Notes: a model not told the origin generated them from the letters alone. Shown: positions 19,179 to 30,474, counted from the stretch's first letter. The stretch is DNA of 64,000 nt from a virus (IMGVR_UViG_3300033463_000081:14375-78374), one strand, 5' to 3'. Program-made: numbers and translations.

Positions 19179-22100
19179 ATGGCGGCTACCGTAGTCCTAA
19201 ACGTAGATGTAAATGACGCTCAAGCGTTAGCAAAACTGGCAAAGCTCGATGCCGATGTCAAGGCGCTTGAGGGCAAAAAACATGTCATAACCCTCGAAAT
19301 AAAAGGCGCGGCTCAGATTCAAAATGTGACCAAGGAAATGGTTCAGTACGCCAAAATCCAGGCACAGATTCAAAAAGAGGAGCTTGCCTTACAACGTGCT
19401 GCTGAACAGAGAAAGAAAGCGGAAGCCAATGCGGCTGCCGCAAAAGAGAGAAACGCCGCGGCTGAGAAGAATCTTCAAACAGCTACCGAACGCCGCATTG
19501 CGGCTGAACAGCGTGGACAGAATCTGAGCAGACAGCGCACCCTTGAGCTGGAAAAACAGCAGACTACTGCGGACAAACTTGCCGCGTCCGAAAAAAACCA
19601 TGAAATGCAACTGGAGCGCACGGCCGAGCGCACCAGAGAACTCATGCAGTTGGAGGAGCAACGCTCGAACAATCGGCTGACGCTTGAAAATGCGAGATCC
19701 GACGGAAAGGCAAGAGTCCAAGAGTTAAAAAATGAGGGCGCGGCGGCAAGGGACGCCGCGGGAGGATACAACGCCCTACAAGTTGCCCTCGGAAACTTGG
19801 CTTCAAGAGCCATTCATGCGGTTTTCCGCAAGATAACTCAGGCAATCCGTGAAGCTGTCACGGAGATGAAAAGCGTAGATACCGAATTGACGAACATCTC
19901 AAAGGTCAGCGGAAAGACTGGAGATGCGCTTGAGTCAATCGGCGAAAAAGCTTATGACACCGCCGCAAAATACGGAGTTGCCGCGTCCGAGTATCTGCAG
20001 GCTGTATACGCCATGCAGAAAGCGGGCATGGGTGACAACTCCGAAGCGATGGGCGAACTGGCCGTCAAGACCATGCTTGTCGGCGATACCACGCAGGAAG
20101 TCGCCACCAAATTCCTGCTTGCCACCAATGCGGCTTGGAAACTTGAGGGCAACATGGAGCGCCTCGGACAGATTGTTGACGAGGCGGACTACATCAACAA
20201 CAACTATGCGACCAGCTTGGACAAACTGGCCGCAGGTATGCCTATCGTAGCGTCCGTAGCTGAGAACGCCGGGATGTCCGCCGAGGAAACGATGGCGGCA
20301 CTCGGAACGATTACCGCGGCTACCCAGGAATCTGGAACCAAGGCGGCAACCGCACTCCGTGCGCTTATACTTAATATCTCCAAGGAAGTCGGAACATTCA
20401 TCACCGATGAAGGCGAAGAGTTTGAGGTTACCGAGGAAAGCGTAAAGACCGTACAGGGGCTTCTTGAAAAATACGCCAAGACTGAGGTGGATGCGGCAAA
20501 GGCTGCCGGAGAACTGCTCGACCCAATGACCGCCATCCGAGCCTTGTTCAAAGGAATGGCGGAAGATGACCTCAATGACGTAGAACTCTTCAACCTGCTG
20601 TCCGGCATGGGCGGAAAGCTCCGTACCAACCAACTGACTGCGTTGGTAAAGAACTTTGATACCCTATACACGGACATGATGGGCAATATCGCAAACGCCG
20701 CGGGAACGGCTGACAGCGAGATTGACCTCATGATGAACTCCTGGGAGAGGAAAACAGCACAACTCAAAAACTCGTGGACAAGGCTGATTGCAGACATCGT
20801 AAGTTCTGACCTTGTCAAGGACGGCATGGACTGGCTTACCCAAATGGTAGACAAAGCCGACGAGTTTGTTGATAAATTTAAAGACCCTTTTTATGAGAGC
20901 AACAATCTCCTTGATACGATAAAAGACCTTGAGGATGAATACGCAACCCTAAACGAAAAAGCCCAAGGAACCGACCTGACAAAAGCCGAGCAGGAGCGCT
21001 TGGCGCTTATAGAGAAACAGCTTGAACTGAAGCGGCTCATCCAAAAAGAGGAAGAGGAAGCGGCCGCGAAAGAACTTCAGGCATCGCTTACCAGAAAAAC
21101 AGGCCCAACAACTCTTGACGCATATAATGCCCGCAGTTTAAGGGAAGCGGCACAGGGTGTAGAGTTCACGGGAACGGCGGAAGAATACCGCCAGTCCCTC
21201 GCAGGAATCGTAAAAGAGTATCAGGATTATTACGATGCCGTCATCCAAGTCCGAGACGCGGGCGGACAGCTTACAGAGCATCAGAAACAGTTCATATCGG
21301 ACTTTGAAACCATAAGCGATGTTTCGGGTGATACGTCTCTCACCATAGGGAACCTCGTTGACGGATACCGTGAACTGGTAGACGCAGAGGGGAACGTAAG
21401 GGCGAAAGCGGTAGATGCTACCGAGGCTCAGAAAGCAGAACTTGAGGATCTGCTTCAAAAGTATCAAGAGTATCAGGACGCATTCGCTGCGAACGAGGCG
21501 GCTCAGACAGAAGACGCCAACAGACGCGCCGAAGCGTTCGATGCCCTCGATAAAGCGCAGGTTGCCCTTTCGGACGCCTATTATTCCGCAGGCGAGGACA
21601 CAAGAAAAGCATTCGACCAAATAACTTCCGGCGAGGAGGACGCCACGAGCGCCGCCGGAGATGTGGCAAGCGCGGCTGGTGCGATTGGCCCAGAGGTTGA
21701 CTCCGTTATACCGGCTGTGCAACGGCTGACTGCCGCATTCCAAGAGGCGGCGGCGGCAGCAGGGAGTGTGTCGGTAGGCCCCATAAGCGCGGGAGTCGGC
21801 GGACATGCCGCAGGCACACGAAACGCACCCGGAGGCCCATCGCTTGTAAACGAACTCGGCCCGGAGCTTATCTCAGATAACGGAAGAGCATACATTGCCA
21901 ATGGCGGACGCCCCGGAATCGTCAATCTTTCCCGTGGCGCAATCGTACTTAACGCAAAAGAAACACAGCAGGCTCTGAGCGGAAAAGGTGGACGAGGGAA
22001 AAGCATCCCTGCGTTTGCCACTGGAACCAATTTACCGACCAATGTCCTCGGCGGAAGCCTCTATGTAGTACACACCAACAACACGCCGGAAGACCTAGCC

Positions 22101-23294
22101 GAGTATCGCACAAGCAGAACCACTAAGCCGACAAACACAGGCGCAAAGTTAGTCGTTACATCGACAAAAGGAAAATCCGGCAAAGGTTTAGGCTCCGGGA
22201 GTGGCGGAGGCGGAGGGTCTACCGCCAAGTCCGTAGAGGAACTCGCAAAAGAAACAAAGGACATCCTGTCCAATATAGAGAAGCAGGCGAAACTGGCCGA
22301 CAACCGCAAGCAGTACGATAAAGAAGTATCGCTGTGGGAAAAGGGTCAAAAGGAAATCGACAAGATGGTAGCCCAGTACAAGAAAGCTGGGTACAAAGAG
22401 ACCGATGACGAGATTCTCGACCTGCTCAATAAGCGGTACGACTACGAGAAGAAGAAAGAAGCCGCCAGTAAGAAGACCATAGAGGAAGCGGCGTCCGAAC
22501 TCAAGGACAAACTCAGCAACCTCGACAAGCAGGCGAAGCTGGCGGACACCAACGGAGATTACGAGAAGGAAGTCCGCTTCTACGAAGAGGCGCAGGAAGC
22601 CATCGCCGAGATGGTGGAGCGGTATCGGAAAGCGGGATACTCCGATGACTCCGATGAAATCGTAGACCTGCTCCAAAAGAACGTAGACTACGGCGAGAAA
22701 CAAGTCAAAGTCTACAAGGACAGATGGAATGACCTCATCGACGCTCTTGAGGCGGACACGGACGCACAGGAAGCCGCCAACGCTCTGGCTGAGAAAGAGC
22801 AGGCTCTTGCGGATGCCCGTCTTGCGCTTGAGAACGCCACAAAGAATAGGACGGTGCGGACGTACAACGCCGCAACCGGGCAGTGGGAATGGGTAGCAGA
22901 CCAAGCCAAGGTCAAGTCTGCGCAGGAAACTCTGACCAAGGCGGAAGAGAACTACTCCAAGGAAGTCAAAGACCAAGCCATCAGCGAACTGGAACGGCTC
23001 CGGGATACGGCTACCGACTTGAACGAGGTCATCCTTGGGCCTGCGCTGTCGGCAATCATGTCTCAGGCGGAATCGTCCGATGTATTCCAGAACTTTGCCC
23101 GCGCCTTGAACGGCGTGTACGGAGTAGGCTCGTTCCTCGCCTCCACAGAGGGTTCGTCCAAGGTATTGAGTTCGTCTTCCGACAGCCATGACACGTTCTA
23201 TACATTCGGAAACGTCACTCTGACAGAGGACGAGGCGTCCTCCATGAGTGTGGCGGAACTGGCAAGCAGACTACAAGTGCTGAAGATATCGTAA
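19179..23294 (+). CDS. Tape measure protein
   Basis: 1371 aa, helical and Ala-rich; TP901-type core (MKSVDTELTNISKVSG, AGMSAEETMA); GHAAGTRNAPGGPSLVNELGPE motif. Confidence 0.9.
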   Translation: MAATVVLNVDVNDAQALAKLAKLDADVKALEGKKHVITLEIKGAAQIQNVTKEMVQYAKIQAQIQKEELALQRAAEQRKKAEANAAAAKERNAAAEKNLQTATERRIAAEQRGQNLSRQRTLELEKQQTTADKLAASEKNHEMQLERTAERTRELMQLEEQRSNNRLTLENARSDGKARVQELKNEGAAARDAAGGYNALQVALGNLASRAIHAVFRKITQAIREAVTEMKSVDTELTNISKVSGKTGDALESIGEKAYDTAAKYGVAASEYLQAVYAMQKAGMGDNSEAMGELAVKTMLVGDTTQEVATKFLLATNAAWKLEGNMERLGQIVDEADYINNNYATSLDKLAAGMPIVASVAENAGMSAEETMAALGTITAATQESGTKAATALRALILNISKEVGTFITDEGEEFEVTEESVKTVQGLLEKYAKTEVDAAKAAGELLDPMTAIRALFKGMAEDDLNDVELFNLLSGMGGKLRTNQLTALVKNFDTLYTDMMGNIANAAGTADSEIDLMMNSWERKTAQLKNSWTRLIADIVSSDLVKDGMDWLTQMVDKADEFVDKFKDPFYESNNLLDTIKDLEDEYATLNEKAQGTDLTKAEQERLALIEKQLELKRLIQKEEEEAAAKELQASLTRKTGPTTLDAYNARSLREAAQGVEFTGTAEEYRQSLAGIVKEYQDYYDAVIQVRDAGGQLTEHQKQFISDFETISDVSGDTSLTIGNLVDGYRELVDAEGNVRAKAVDATEAQKAELEDLLQKYQEYQDAFAANEAAQTEDANRRAEAFDALDKAQVALSDAYYSAGEDTRKAFDQITSGEEDATSAAGDVASAAGAIGPEVDSVIPAVQRLTAAFQEAAAAAGSVSVGPISAGVGGHAAGTRNAPGGPSLVNELGPELISDNGRAYIANGGRPGIVNLSRGAIVLNAKETQQALSGKGGRGKSIPAFATGTNLPTNVLGGSLYVVHTNNTPEDLAEYRTSRTTKPTNTGAKLVVTSTKGKSGKGLGSGSGGGGGSTAKSVEELAKETKDILSNIEKQAKLADNRKQYDKEVSLWEKGQKEIDKMVAQYKKAGYKETDDEILDLLNKRYDYEKKKEAASKKTIEEAASELKDKLSNLDKQAKLADTNGDYEKEVRFYEEAQEAIAEMVERYRKAGYSDDSDEIVDLLQKNVDYGEKQVKVYKDRWNDLIDALEADTDAQEAANALAEKEQALADARLALENATKNRTVRTYNAATGQWEWVADQAKVKSAQETLTKAEENYSKEVKDQAISELERLRDTATDLNEVILGPALSAIMSQAESSDVFQNFARALNGVYGVGSFLASTEGSSKVLSSSSDSHDTFYTFGNVTLTEDEASSMSVAELASRLQVLKIS

Positions 23295-23309
23295 GGGAGG
23301 GAGAAACCC

Positions 23310-24053
23310 ATGATAAGCGAAGCCCAAAGATTTTGGGACGCCATCGTAGGCAAAGTCCGCAAGGTAGCGCAGGACGAGTCCAAGAACGCATTCAAATGCG
23401 AAAGGTACGAGGTCACGACCGCACCGAACGGCTCCAAAATCGGCGTCACGCTTCCGTTGGGTACGAAAGAAATCTTCCTCCCCTACTCCGCCGAGGTCGC
23501 CGGAGCGACCGTGGGCAGTCAGGTGCTTGTGGTATGGTGGGGCAGTATGTCCAACGCCAAGGTATACTACTACGCCAACGGATACCGTGGCGGGCCGCTT
23601 GATGTTATGCCGATAGGATATATCTACACGAGTACATCAAGCACAGACCCCGGAACACTCTTCGGCGGGACGTGGCAACCGATTGGAGAGGGACTTGTCC
23701 TCATCTCCGCAGGTACGCACTACACGGCGGGTACTACCGTAGGCTCGTCCTCTGTTACTCTGACGGAAGACAACATCCCGGCGCATACGCATGGTAGCGC
23801 ATCTCTTACCGGCTCATGGGAATTTGATACGAAGCGCATAGGCGGAACAACGACTCCGAGCGGAATAATCAGCAACAGGAGCAAATCAACATCGGCATAT
23901 TTCTCCACCACCTCGTCAAGCGATGTTTCCAATACAGTTGGTTTCGATGTTGATGCTTCGCATACGCACACGAGTTTCGGCAAAGCGACGCCCAACGCCG
24001 TAAGCACCATACAGCCATCGCTTGTCGTTTATATGTGGGAAAGAATCGCCTAA
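23310..24053 (+). CDS. Baseplate protein with gp53-like C-terminal domain
   Basis: PIGYIYTSTSSTDPGTLFGGTWQPI...QPSLVVYMWERIA pattern. Confidence 0.6.
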   Translation: MISEAQRFWDAIVGKVRKVAQDESKNAFKCERYEVTTAPNGSKIGVTLPLGTKEIFLPYSAEVAGATVGSQVLVVWWGSMSNAKVYYYANGYRGGPLDVMPIGYIYTSTSSTDPGTLFGGTWQPIGEGLVLISAGTHYTAGTTVGSSSVTLTEDNIPAHTHGSASLTGSWEFDTKRIGGTTTPSGIISNRSKSTSAYFSTTSSSDVSNTVGFDVDASHTHTSFGKATPNAVSTIQPSLVVYMWERIA

Positions 24054-24070
24054 TTGTGAGGTGAAAGTAT

Positions 24071-25699
24071 TTGCTTTATCAGCCCTCCAACATAACCCCC
24101 GATGAACTGAACGGCACGGGAACGGTGGACGTGACCGAGGACGTGGTGGTTTCGTGGATAGTCAACGGAACCACCCCCATGCGGGCTTACCAGATAACGT
24201 TCTATCAGAACAACGCCGCGTCCACTCAGGTATATACCACCGGGCAAGTACCGATTGCCCCATTTTGGGGAACAACATATGACGGCACAACAACGCCGTT
24301 CAGCGTCACACTGAGCGGACTCGCGTCCCACGGTCTTGCCAACGGGAACGAGTACAAGATGGTAATCACCCAATGGTGGTCACAAAACCAATATGTATCC
24401 CAAGTCACGGCGTCCATCATCGTGGCGAGAGCCAATCCCGTGGTGACTTTGGGTTCTTATGATGACCCTCTGACAGACAAGGAAGCCACGTTCACGGCGT
24501 CCTACTATCAAGCACAGGGAGACGGCATCAAGTGGGTGCGCTGGCAGATAGCCTACGCAGACGATACCGCCAATCCCTTCGTGGACACGGGATATATCTA
24601 CGGCACAGGCCAACTTCAAGTGGGCTATGACGGATTCCTCACGGACAACACCTACGCCGTCAAATGCACGGTGGAATCGCAGAACGGAGTTCAGGGTACT
24701 ACCGGGTGGGTGGACTTTGATGTGTCCTATACCCTCGCGGCGGCGGCGGGCGGAGCTACAGCCTGTCAGCTTGCGAACTCCTCCTCCGTGTGGGTCAGCT
24801 GGGATATGGTGCAGTCGGCGGACGGCTACTCCATCATGCGTCAGACGGTGGGAGAGAACCGCCTCATCAAGATAGCGGACGTGGAAGCCACAACGGGTCA
24901 GCTTCGTGACTACTCCGCACGGTCGGGCCAGACCTACATCTACTACGTCTTCCCAGAAGGTGCTTTGGCGTATCTGACCGAACCCATGATGACAGACCCC
25001 GTGAAAGTCCAATACTGGTATTGGAGCATCGTAGAGGCGGAGCCTGTGGAGGGAGAGAAGAACACCTACTCCGTCATCGCCGCCTACTACTTCAGATACA
25101 ACGCATCCGAGGGTCAGTTCTCCAATAACAACAACCCTCAGATATCTCAGAACTTCACACGGTATCCGACACGCCAAGGCTCCACCGCGAACTACAAGAC
25201 GGGTACTTTGGCGGGATATATCGGAACAATAGACCGCACGTCCGTGGAATATTCCGACACCATCTCCCAAAGCGAAGCTCTGTTCGCCCTATCCAATACG
25301 GAGAACGCCCTGTTCCTGCTCGACCCCAAGGGTCACTTCATGAGGATACACACGGCGGCGGCTACCACGCTACAGATAGACCACAAGAGCAGAGTTATGC
25401 CTCAGACGGTGACGGTATCGTGGGTGGAGACGGGCAGTACGGACGGAATACACCTCATCATGTACCCCGGCGGAGACTTTTACCCCATCGACCGCGTGAT
25501 ACTGACCACGCTCAGAGTCGATACGTCCACGGGAAAGCTGATATGGACTACCCCCAACGATTACGAGGGTACAGGCTCGGCTTTGTCGGTGAACGCCAAC
25601 GGCGTTCTCGTGCAGAACACAAGCGGTTCGTACAACGCCGCCACCATGACGCTCGACAGCGCCACGGGCATCGTAACAGCCACGCTTCCCGACTCGTAA
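24071..25699 (+). CDS. Tail/baseplate protein with FnIII-like beta domains
   Basis: Beta-rich composition; synteny; TTG start after GAGGTG. Confidence 0.55.
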   Translation: MLYQPSNITPDELNGTGTVDVTEDVVVSWIVNGTTPMRAYQITFYQNNAASTQVYTTGQVPIAPFWGTTYDGTTTPFSVTLSGLASHGLANGNEYKMVITQWWSQNQYVSQVTASIIVARANPVVTLGSYDDPLTDKEATFTASYYQAQGDGIKWVRWQIAYADDTANPFVDTGYIYGTGQLQVGYDGFLTDNTYAVKCTVESQNGVQGTTGWVDFDVSYTLAAAAGGATACQLANSSSVWVSWDMVQSADGYSIMRQTVGENRLIKIADVEATTGQLRDYSARSGQTYIYYVFPEGALAYLTEPMMTDPVKVQYWYWSIVEAEPVEGEKNTYSVIAAYYFRYNASEGQFSNNNNPQISQNFTRYPTRQGSTANYKTGTLAGYIGTIDRTSVEYSDTISQSEALFALSNTENALFLLDPKGHFMRIHTAAATTLQIDHKSRVMPQTVTVSWVETGSTDGIHLIMYPGGDFYPIDRVILTTLRVDTSTGKLIWTTPNDYEGTGSALSVNANGVLVQNTSGSYNAATMTLDSATGIVTATLPDS

Positions 25700-25711
25700 G
25701 GGGGCGATGAA

Positions 25712-27019
25712 TTGTCAGATTATCAGAAATATCTCACGCAACTACGCGGGGAATTTACCAAGATAGCACGGCTTGAGTTCCTCAACCCTGACGGCACGGT
25801 GGCGTATGTCCTCGACAACAACGCCACCAACCGAAGGTCTGGAGCGTTTCTCCAGTCGGGAACCATCTCCTGCAACAGACAGAACGGCAAGCGCCGCCAA
25901 GCATCCGTGACCCTCGTGAATCTCGACAGTGAGTACGAATACGCCGTCAACCACATTTGGTTTGGACAGCAGATACGATTGTCAGAGGGAATCATACTCG
26001 ATGACGGAACGGAGTATTACATCCCCCAAGGCGTATTTGAGATAGAGAATCCGCAGGAGGCATTGAAGCCTAGTCAGAACACCGTGACCTACAACCTCGT
26101 GGACAAGTGGGCGAACCTTGACGGTACGCTCTTCGGAAACCTTGAGGACGTGTACGAGGTGCAGGCGGGAACCAACATCTTCTCAGCCATAGCCGCCCTC
26201 CTACGCCTCGACAAATACACGATGGAGAACAGCGGGACGCACCCGGTTGACCCCATCGCTCCCCTGTTCACGGACTACTACAATGACAAGTCCCAGACGC
26301 TGACGGACGGCACGGTGGTATCGCTCATAGAAGCGCCCTACGATTTCCTATCCGAAAGCGAGGGGACTATGGCTGATGTAGTCCTCGGACTCAATGAGAT
26401 GATAGCCGGGGACATAGGCTACAACCAAGTCGGACGGCTCGTCATCAATCCCTCTCAGGACGATATCCTCGACAACGATAAGCCTATCCTGTGGCAGTTC
26501 GAGGAAGGGGACAAGACATTCCTCAATATCGAATCTTCACCCAAACCCACGAACGTATACAACGACGTTATCGTGGTGGGAGCCACATCGGACACCAACG
26601 AGACGGCAAAGGGCAGAGCGCAGAACAGAGACCCGTCCTCGTCCACCTGCATCAGCCGTATCGGTCTGAAGACCATTCGCATCCCCATGCCGAACTACTA
26701 CTCAGACCAGATGTGTCAGGACTACGCAGAGTGGCAACTGAAGAGATACTCGGTACTGTCCAAAGAGGTCACGATATCCTGCACACAGATGTTCCACATA
26801 GTCGAGAACGAACTCATCACGCTACAGAGACCAGACAAGCCCGGAAACCCGGCGGAACGGCATCTCGTCACGGGCTTTTCCCGACCGATAGGACAGACGG
26901 GAGCCATGACCATCAACTGCGTGTCGGTCAATGACATACCGCTGACTCTGATGCCGAGTACACAGACGGTCGTGTATTTCCTCTCCGATGAGATTTACGC
27001 TGCTGAAGCATACGCATAA
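25712..27019 (+). CDS. Tail hub/baseplate protein (DUF5048-like)
   Basis: WFGQQIRLSEGI...YYIPQGVF and VYNDVIVVG motifs; synteny. Confidence 0.55.
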   Translation: MSDYQKYLTQLRGEFTKIARLEFLNPDGTVAYVLDNNATNRRSGAFLQSGTISCNRQNGKRRQASVTLVNLDSEYEYAVNHIWFGQQIRLSEGIILDDGTEYYIPQGVFEIENPQEALKPSQNTVTYNLVDKWANLDGTLFGNLEDVYEVQAGTNIFSAIAALLRLDKYTMENSGTHPVDPIAPLFTDYYNDKSQTLTDGTVVSLIEAPYDFLSESEGTMADVVLGLNEMIAGDIGYNQVGRLVINPSQDDILDNDKPILWQFEEGDKTFLNIESSPKPTNVYNDVIVVGATSDTNETAKGRAQNRDPSSSTCISRIGLKTIRIPMPNYYSDQMCQDYAEWQLKRYSVLSKEVTISCTQMFHIVENELITLQRPDKPGNPAERHLVTGFSRPIGQTGAMTINCVSVNDIPLTLMPSTQTVVYFLSDEIYAAEAYA

Positions 27020-27033
27020 AAGGGGGAAAAATT

Positions 27034-27588
27034 ATGATAGATTCCGTTATCGCGGGAACCGGCAACAGCCGATACCTGCGAACAAGCATCTCCGCAAGCA
27101 CGACATGGGAAGACGCCCTGACGATGCTTCGTGCAGGCACGTTTCCCATCGACCTCGCGGGGATAAACCTCGCTGGGTTCACCACGCTCGGCACGGCACT
27201 GAACTCCGATACTCTGCTGAAAAGCGCCGTCATCACAGCACTTGGATTGGATGCAGACGCTACTCCCAGCGACGCATGGGAAGCAATCATCGAAATGATA
27301 GAGAACATGAGTACGATGACTGCTTCAATCACGCTATCCTCCGCATCATGGAGCGGAAGCAACCCATACGCTCAGACCGTGACCATATCAGGCTACACGG
27401 TGACGGCAAACACGAGGGTGGACATCACCTGCAACTACTCCACAATAAACTCGCTGGCGCAGGACGGTGTGAGTGCCATCTACGCAGAGAACAACAGTGG
27501 GACAATCACAGTATATGCGGTCGGTGCGGCCCCAACGTCTAACATTACCGTAACGGCCACGATATATGAGACCAAAGCGGTAAGTTAA
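27034..27588 (+). CDS. Tail fibre-associated beta-sandwich protein
   Basis: C-terminal domain paralogous to 27609-27968. Confidence 0.55.
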   Translation: MIDSVIAGTGNSRYLRTSISASTTWEDALTMLRAGTFPIDLAGINLAGFTTLGTALNSDTLLKSAVITALGLDADATPSDAWEAIIEMIENMSTMTASITLSSASWSGSNPYAQTVTISGYTVTANTRVDITCNYSTINSLAQDGVSAIYAENNSGTITVYAVGAAPTSNITVTATIYETKAVS

Positions 27589-27608
27589 AAGGACGGTGAT
27601 GACAACAT

Positions 27609-27968
27609 ATGGCTTACACTAAGGACATTTCCCTTATCACGCTCCTGATGGCGAAGAACTATACGGAGAGATATGTCGAAGACCATCAGGGCATAGCGGC
27701 ATCCGCAAAGGTAGGAACGCTGACAATAGGAACCACATGGAGCGGAACCGACCCGTTTACGCAGAGCGTGACCACATCGTACACCACTACTGATAAGACG
27801 GTCGTGGACATTCAGCCAGACCCAACCATCGTAGAACAACTGGTCAAAGACGGCGTATCCCAAATCATCATCAAGAATGACAACGGTGCGCTGACCGCCT
27901 ACGCATTCGGCGCAAAGCCAAGCACATCCCTTACAATATCTGTACTTTATTCGGAGGTGACTACTTAA
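27609..27968 (+). CDS. Tail fibre-associated beta-sandwich protein (paralog)
   Basis: WSGTDPFTQSVT...DGVSQI..NDNG.LTAYA.GAKP mirrors the previous gene. Confidence 0.55.
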   Translation: MAYTKDISLITLLMAKNYTERYVEDHQGIAASAKVGTLTIGTTWSGTDPFTQSVTTSYTTTDKTVVDIQPDPTIVEQLVKDGVSQIIIKNDNGALTAYAFGAKPSTSLTISVLYSEVTT

Positions 27969-27969
27969 T

Positions 27970-30012
27970 ATGTCTACTTTTGGCAACCCCATTGTAGCAA
28001 GCCCCAACCTGCTGCCGTCTATGGCTGATGTGTTCTCTACATCGACGGCGTACAGTGCGGGTCAATATGTATATTACGGCGGTAAACTGTACCAGTTCAC
28101 GGCCAATCACGCAGCTGGTGCGTGGGTAGGAACGGACGCCACGGCGGTCAAGCTGGCGAACGACGTAAGTAACTTAAAGAGCGCAATTAGTGACCTTGAC
28201 ACCGCAGTAGACAACCTTGAGGCCACTAAAGCAGACAAAGGCTCCGATGACCCCGAAGCGGCGGTCGGCACGGCTGAACAGGTCATGTCCGATGCGGGAG
28301 TGACCGACAAGGTGCCGTATCTGTTCCGCAAGTCGGCGGGTGACGGTGCGAACCGTGAGCGGGATTCCATTGTCGGCGGCACGGTGGCGTGGAATCAGCT
28401 TCTGCAAAAAAGCACCTTCTCTTATACGGGCGGTGATTGCACAACGGACGCAGACGGGGTTGCGACCTTTACTGCTTCTGCGAGTGGGCAACAGGCATAC
28501 AGAAGTGTTACATGTTACGCAACCCATGTGATACTTGTATCCATTACCTTCAAAACAACTACAGCATCGAGCTACGTTAGGATGAGGGCGTTCGCCAACG
28601 ATGTTGCTAGTATCGCAACGACATCTTGGCAGACTGGTTATTCCATGTATAAACCACCCAATAGCGGGAACCAAACTGTTGGCGTGATTGACCGCCGAGA
28701 AAGCGGGTGGGATGCAATAACCATCGACCCGCCAATGGTGTTTGACCTCACCCAAATGTTTGGCTCCACCATAGCCGACTACATCTACACGCTTGAATCG
28801 ACCGAAGCGGGTGCGGGAGTGGCCCTGTTCCGTTCCCTGTTCCCCGCCCCGTACTACGCCTACAACACAGGAGAACTGAAGTCCGTCACGGGTCTGTCGG
28901 CTCATGTCATGCGTGGGTTTAACCAGTGGGATGGTGAGTATGAAAAGGCCACAATCAACTGGACAACATACATCTTCACTCCCAACGCATCGGGGAGATG
29001 GTCGTCGAAGAATTATATCCCTGTAATTCCCGACACCGCATATTATATCACCCATACGTCCAATAATGTTGTCTGCGGCTATACCGACAATCAAGGCAAC
29101 GGTGGCAGGGCGTTGACCGTAAGCTCCCATCTTTTCACCGTTCCGTCCGATGTGCATTTCATCAAATTCGGCATCAATGAAACCGCACAGCCGACAGACG
29201 TTTGCATCAACATCTCCAACGCCGCTTTGAACGGCACATACGAACCCTATGACGGTCACAGCTACCCGCTTGACTCCGACCTTACTCTCCGTGGTATCCC
29301 CAAACTGGACGCAAGCAATAACCTGTACTATGACGGCGACACCTATGCCGCTGACGGTACGGTGACAAGGAAGTATGCCATTGTTGATTTGGGGAGTTTG
29401 AGTTGGTCAACCACTTCTTCAGGGAATCATTATGCGGGAATAGATAACCCACAAAAACTTGGAAATGCCGTGATTGCACACGCTGTATGCGGGAGGTATG
29501 TTGCGTCATCTCCAAGCGGATATGGGTCTATTGACAAGGCGTTTGCGATAGGAATGAATGGAACCAACAGCGTGTACATTCATGACAGCACATATGATAA
29601 TGTCGATGCCGCCACATTCAAAACCGCAATGAGTGGTGTGTACCTTGTCTACGAACTCGCAACCCCGACAACCGAATCCGCTGACCCGTACAACCCCATT
29701 CAGATTGTAGACCCCAACGGAACGGAAGAATACGTTTCCACAGGCATCGTTCCTGTCGGGCACGATACGTTCTACCCCGAAAATGTGGCGGCGAAGATTG
29801 CGGGTCTACCTTGGAACTTTGCGAATCTGATTGCCTACACCGAATCGGGATTCACTGCAAGCAAAGCCTATTCCGCAAACGATTTCCTTATCATCAACAA
29901 TCAGCTTTACAAGGCCACAACGTCCATCGCAAACGGTGCGACTATCACCGTAGGAACGAACGTCACGGCAACAACCATCGGTGAGCAAATCACCGCAATC
30001 CTTAATTCTTAA
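27970..30012 (+). CDS. Tail fibre/receptor-binding protein
   Basis: N- and C-terminal CBM5/12-like repeats (FSTSTAYSAGQYVYYGGKLY; ASKAYSANDFLIINNQLYKA). Confidence 0.7.
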   Translation: MSTFGNPIVASPNLLPSMADVFSTSTAYSAGQYVYYGGKLYQFTANHAAGAWVGTDATAVKLANDVSNLKSAISDLDTAVDNLEATKADKGSDDPEAAVGTAEQVMSDAGVTDKVPYLFRKSAGDGANRERDSIVGGTVAWNQLLQKSTFSYTGGDCTTDADGVATFTASASGQQAYRSVTCYATHVILVSITFKTTTASSYVRMRAFANDVASIATTSWQTGYSMYKPPNSGNQTVGVIDRRESGWDAITIDPPMVFDLTQMFGSTIADYIYTLESTEAGAGVALFRSLFPAPYYAYNTGELKSVTGLSAHVMRGFNQWDGEYEKATINWTTYIFTPNASGRWSSKNYIPVIPDTAYYITHTSNNVVCGYTDNQGNGGRALTVSSHLFTVPSDVHFIKFGINETAQPTDVCINISNAALNGTYEPYDGHSYPLDSDLTLRGIPKLDASNNLYYDGDTYAADGTVTRKYAIVDLGSLSWSTTSSGNHYAGIDNPQKLGNAVIAHAVCGRYVASSPSGYGSIDKAFAIGMNGTNSVYIHDSTYDNVDAATFKTAMSGVYLVYELATPTTESADPYNPIQIVDPNGTEEYVSTGIVPVGHDTFYPENVAAKIAGLPWNFANLIAYTESGFTASKAYSANDFLIINNQLYKATTSIANGATITVGTNVTATTIGEQITAILNS

Positions 30013-30031
30013 TTTTACGGAGGGTTAAACA

Positions 30032-30286
30032 ATGAAACTTGCCATTATCGAGTGCGTAAACGGGAACTATGTTGTGCGGGCCGAGGGCATCGCTTCTGTC
30101 GAAGCCGCCAAGACGCAGTACCACGGGAGAGCGCAGGCTCTTTGGAACGCTCCCGATGTGCTGACCGCCTACATCGCCATTGTCGATGAGCAGTTGGATG
30201 TGGTCGAGGGCATGAAAGAGTACATCCATCATGACCCGACTCCTGCTCCCGAACCCGAAGAGGAAGAGCCTGTCGAGGGAGAGTAA
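30032..30286 (+). CDS. Fibre-associated small protein
   Basis: GGAGG RBS; follows the fibre gene. Confidence 0.6.
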   Translation: MKLAIIECVNGNYVVRAEGIASVEAAKTQYHGRAQALWNAPDVLTAYIAIVDEQLDVVEGMKEYIHHDPTPAPEPEEEEPVEGE

Positions 30287-30474
30287 TGGACTACACCGAA
30301 CTGGTGCAGGAATTGCGGGGCAACAATTCCCCGCTTACCGACAAGGCCGCTGACGCAATCGAAGAACTGATTGCTGACCTTGAACGTGCGGAAGACTATG
30401 CCGAAGCATGGGAAGGGCTTGCCAACGATTGCAAGGAAAAGTTTGTGGCGTTTGTCGAGAAGATGAAGCGGTAA
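30286..30474 (+). CDS. Hypothetical, AADAIEEL family
   Basis: TAATG overlap; MDYTELV...AADAIEEL resembles 41742-42074. Confidence 0.55.
   Translation: MDYTELVQELRGNNSPLTDKAADAIEELIADLERAEDYAEAWEGLANDCKEKFVAFVEKMKR

Noticed and set aside
23310-30012. Diversity-generating retroelement acting on tail genes
   Set aside because: No reverse transcriptase and no TR/VR repeat pair seen in the window
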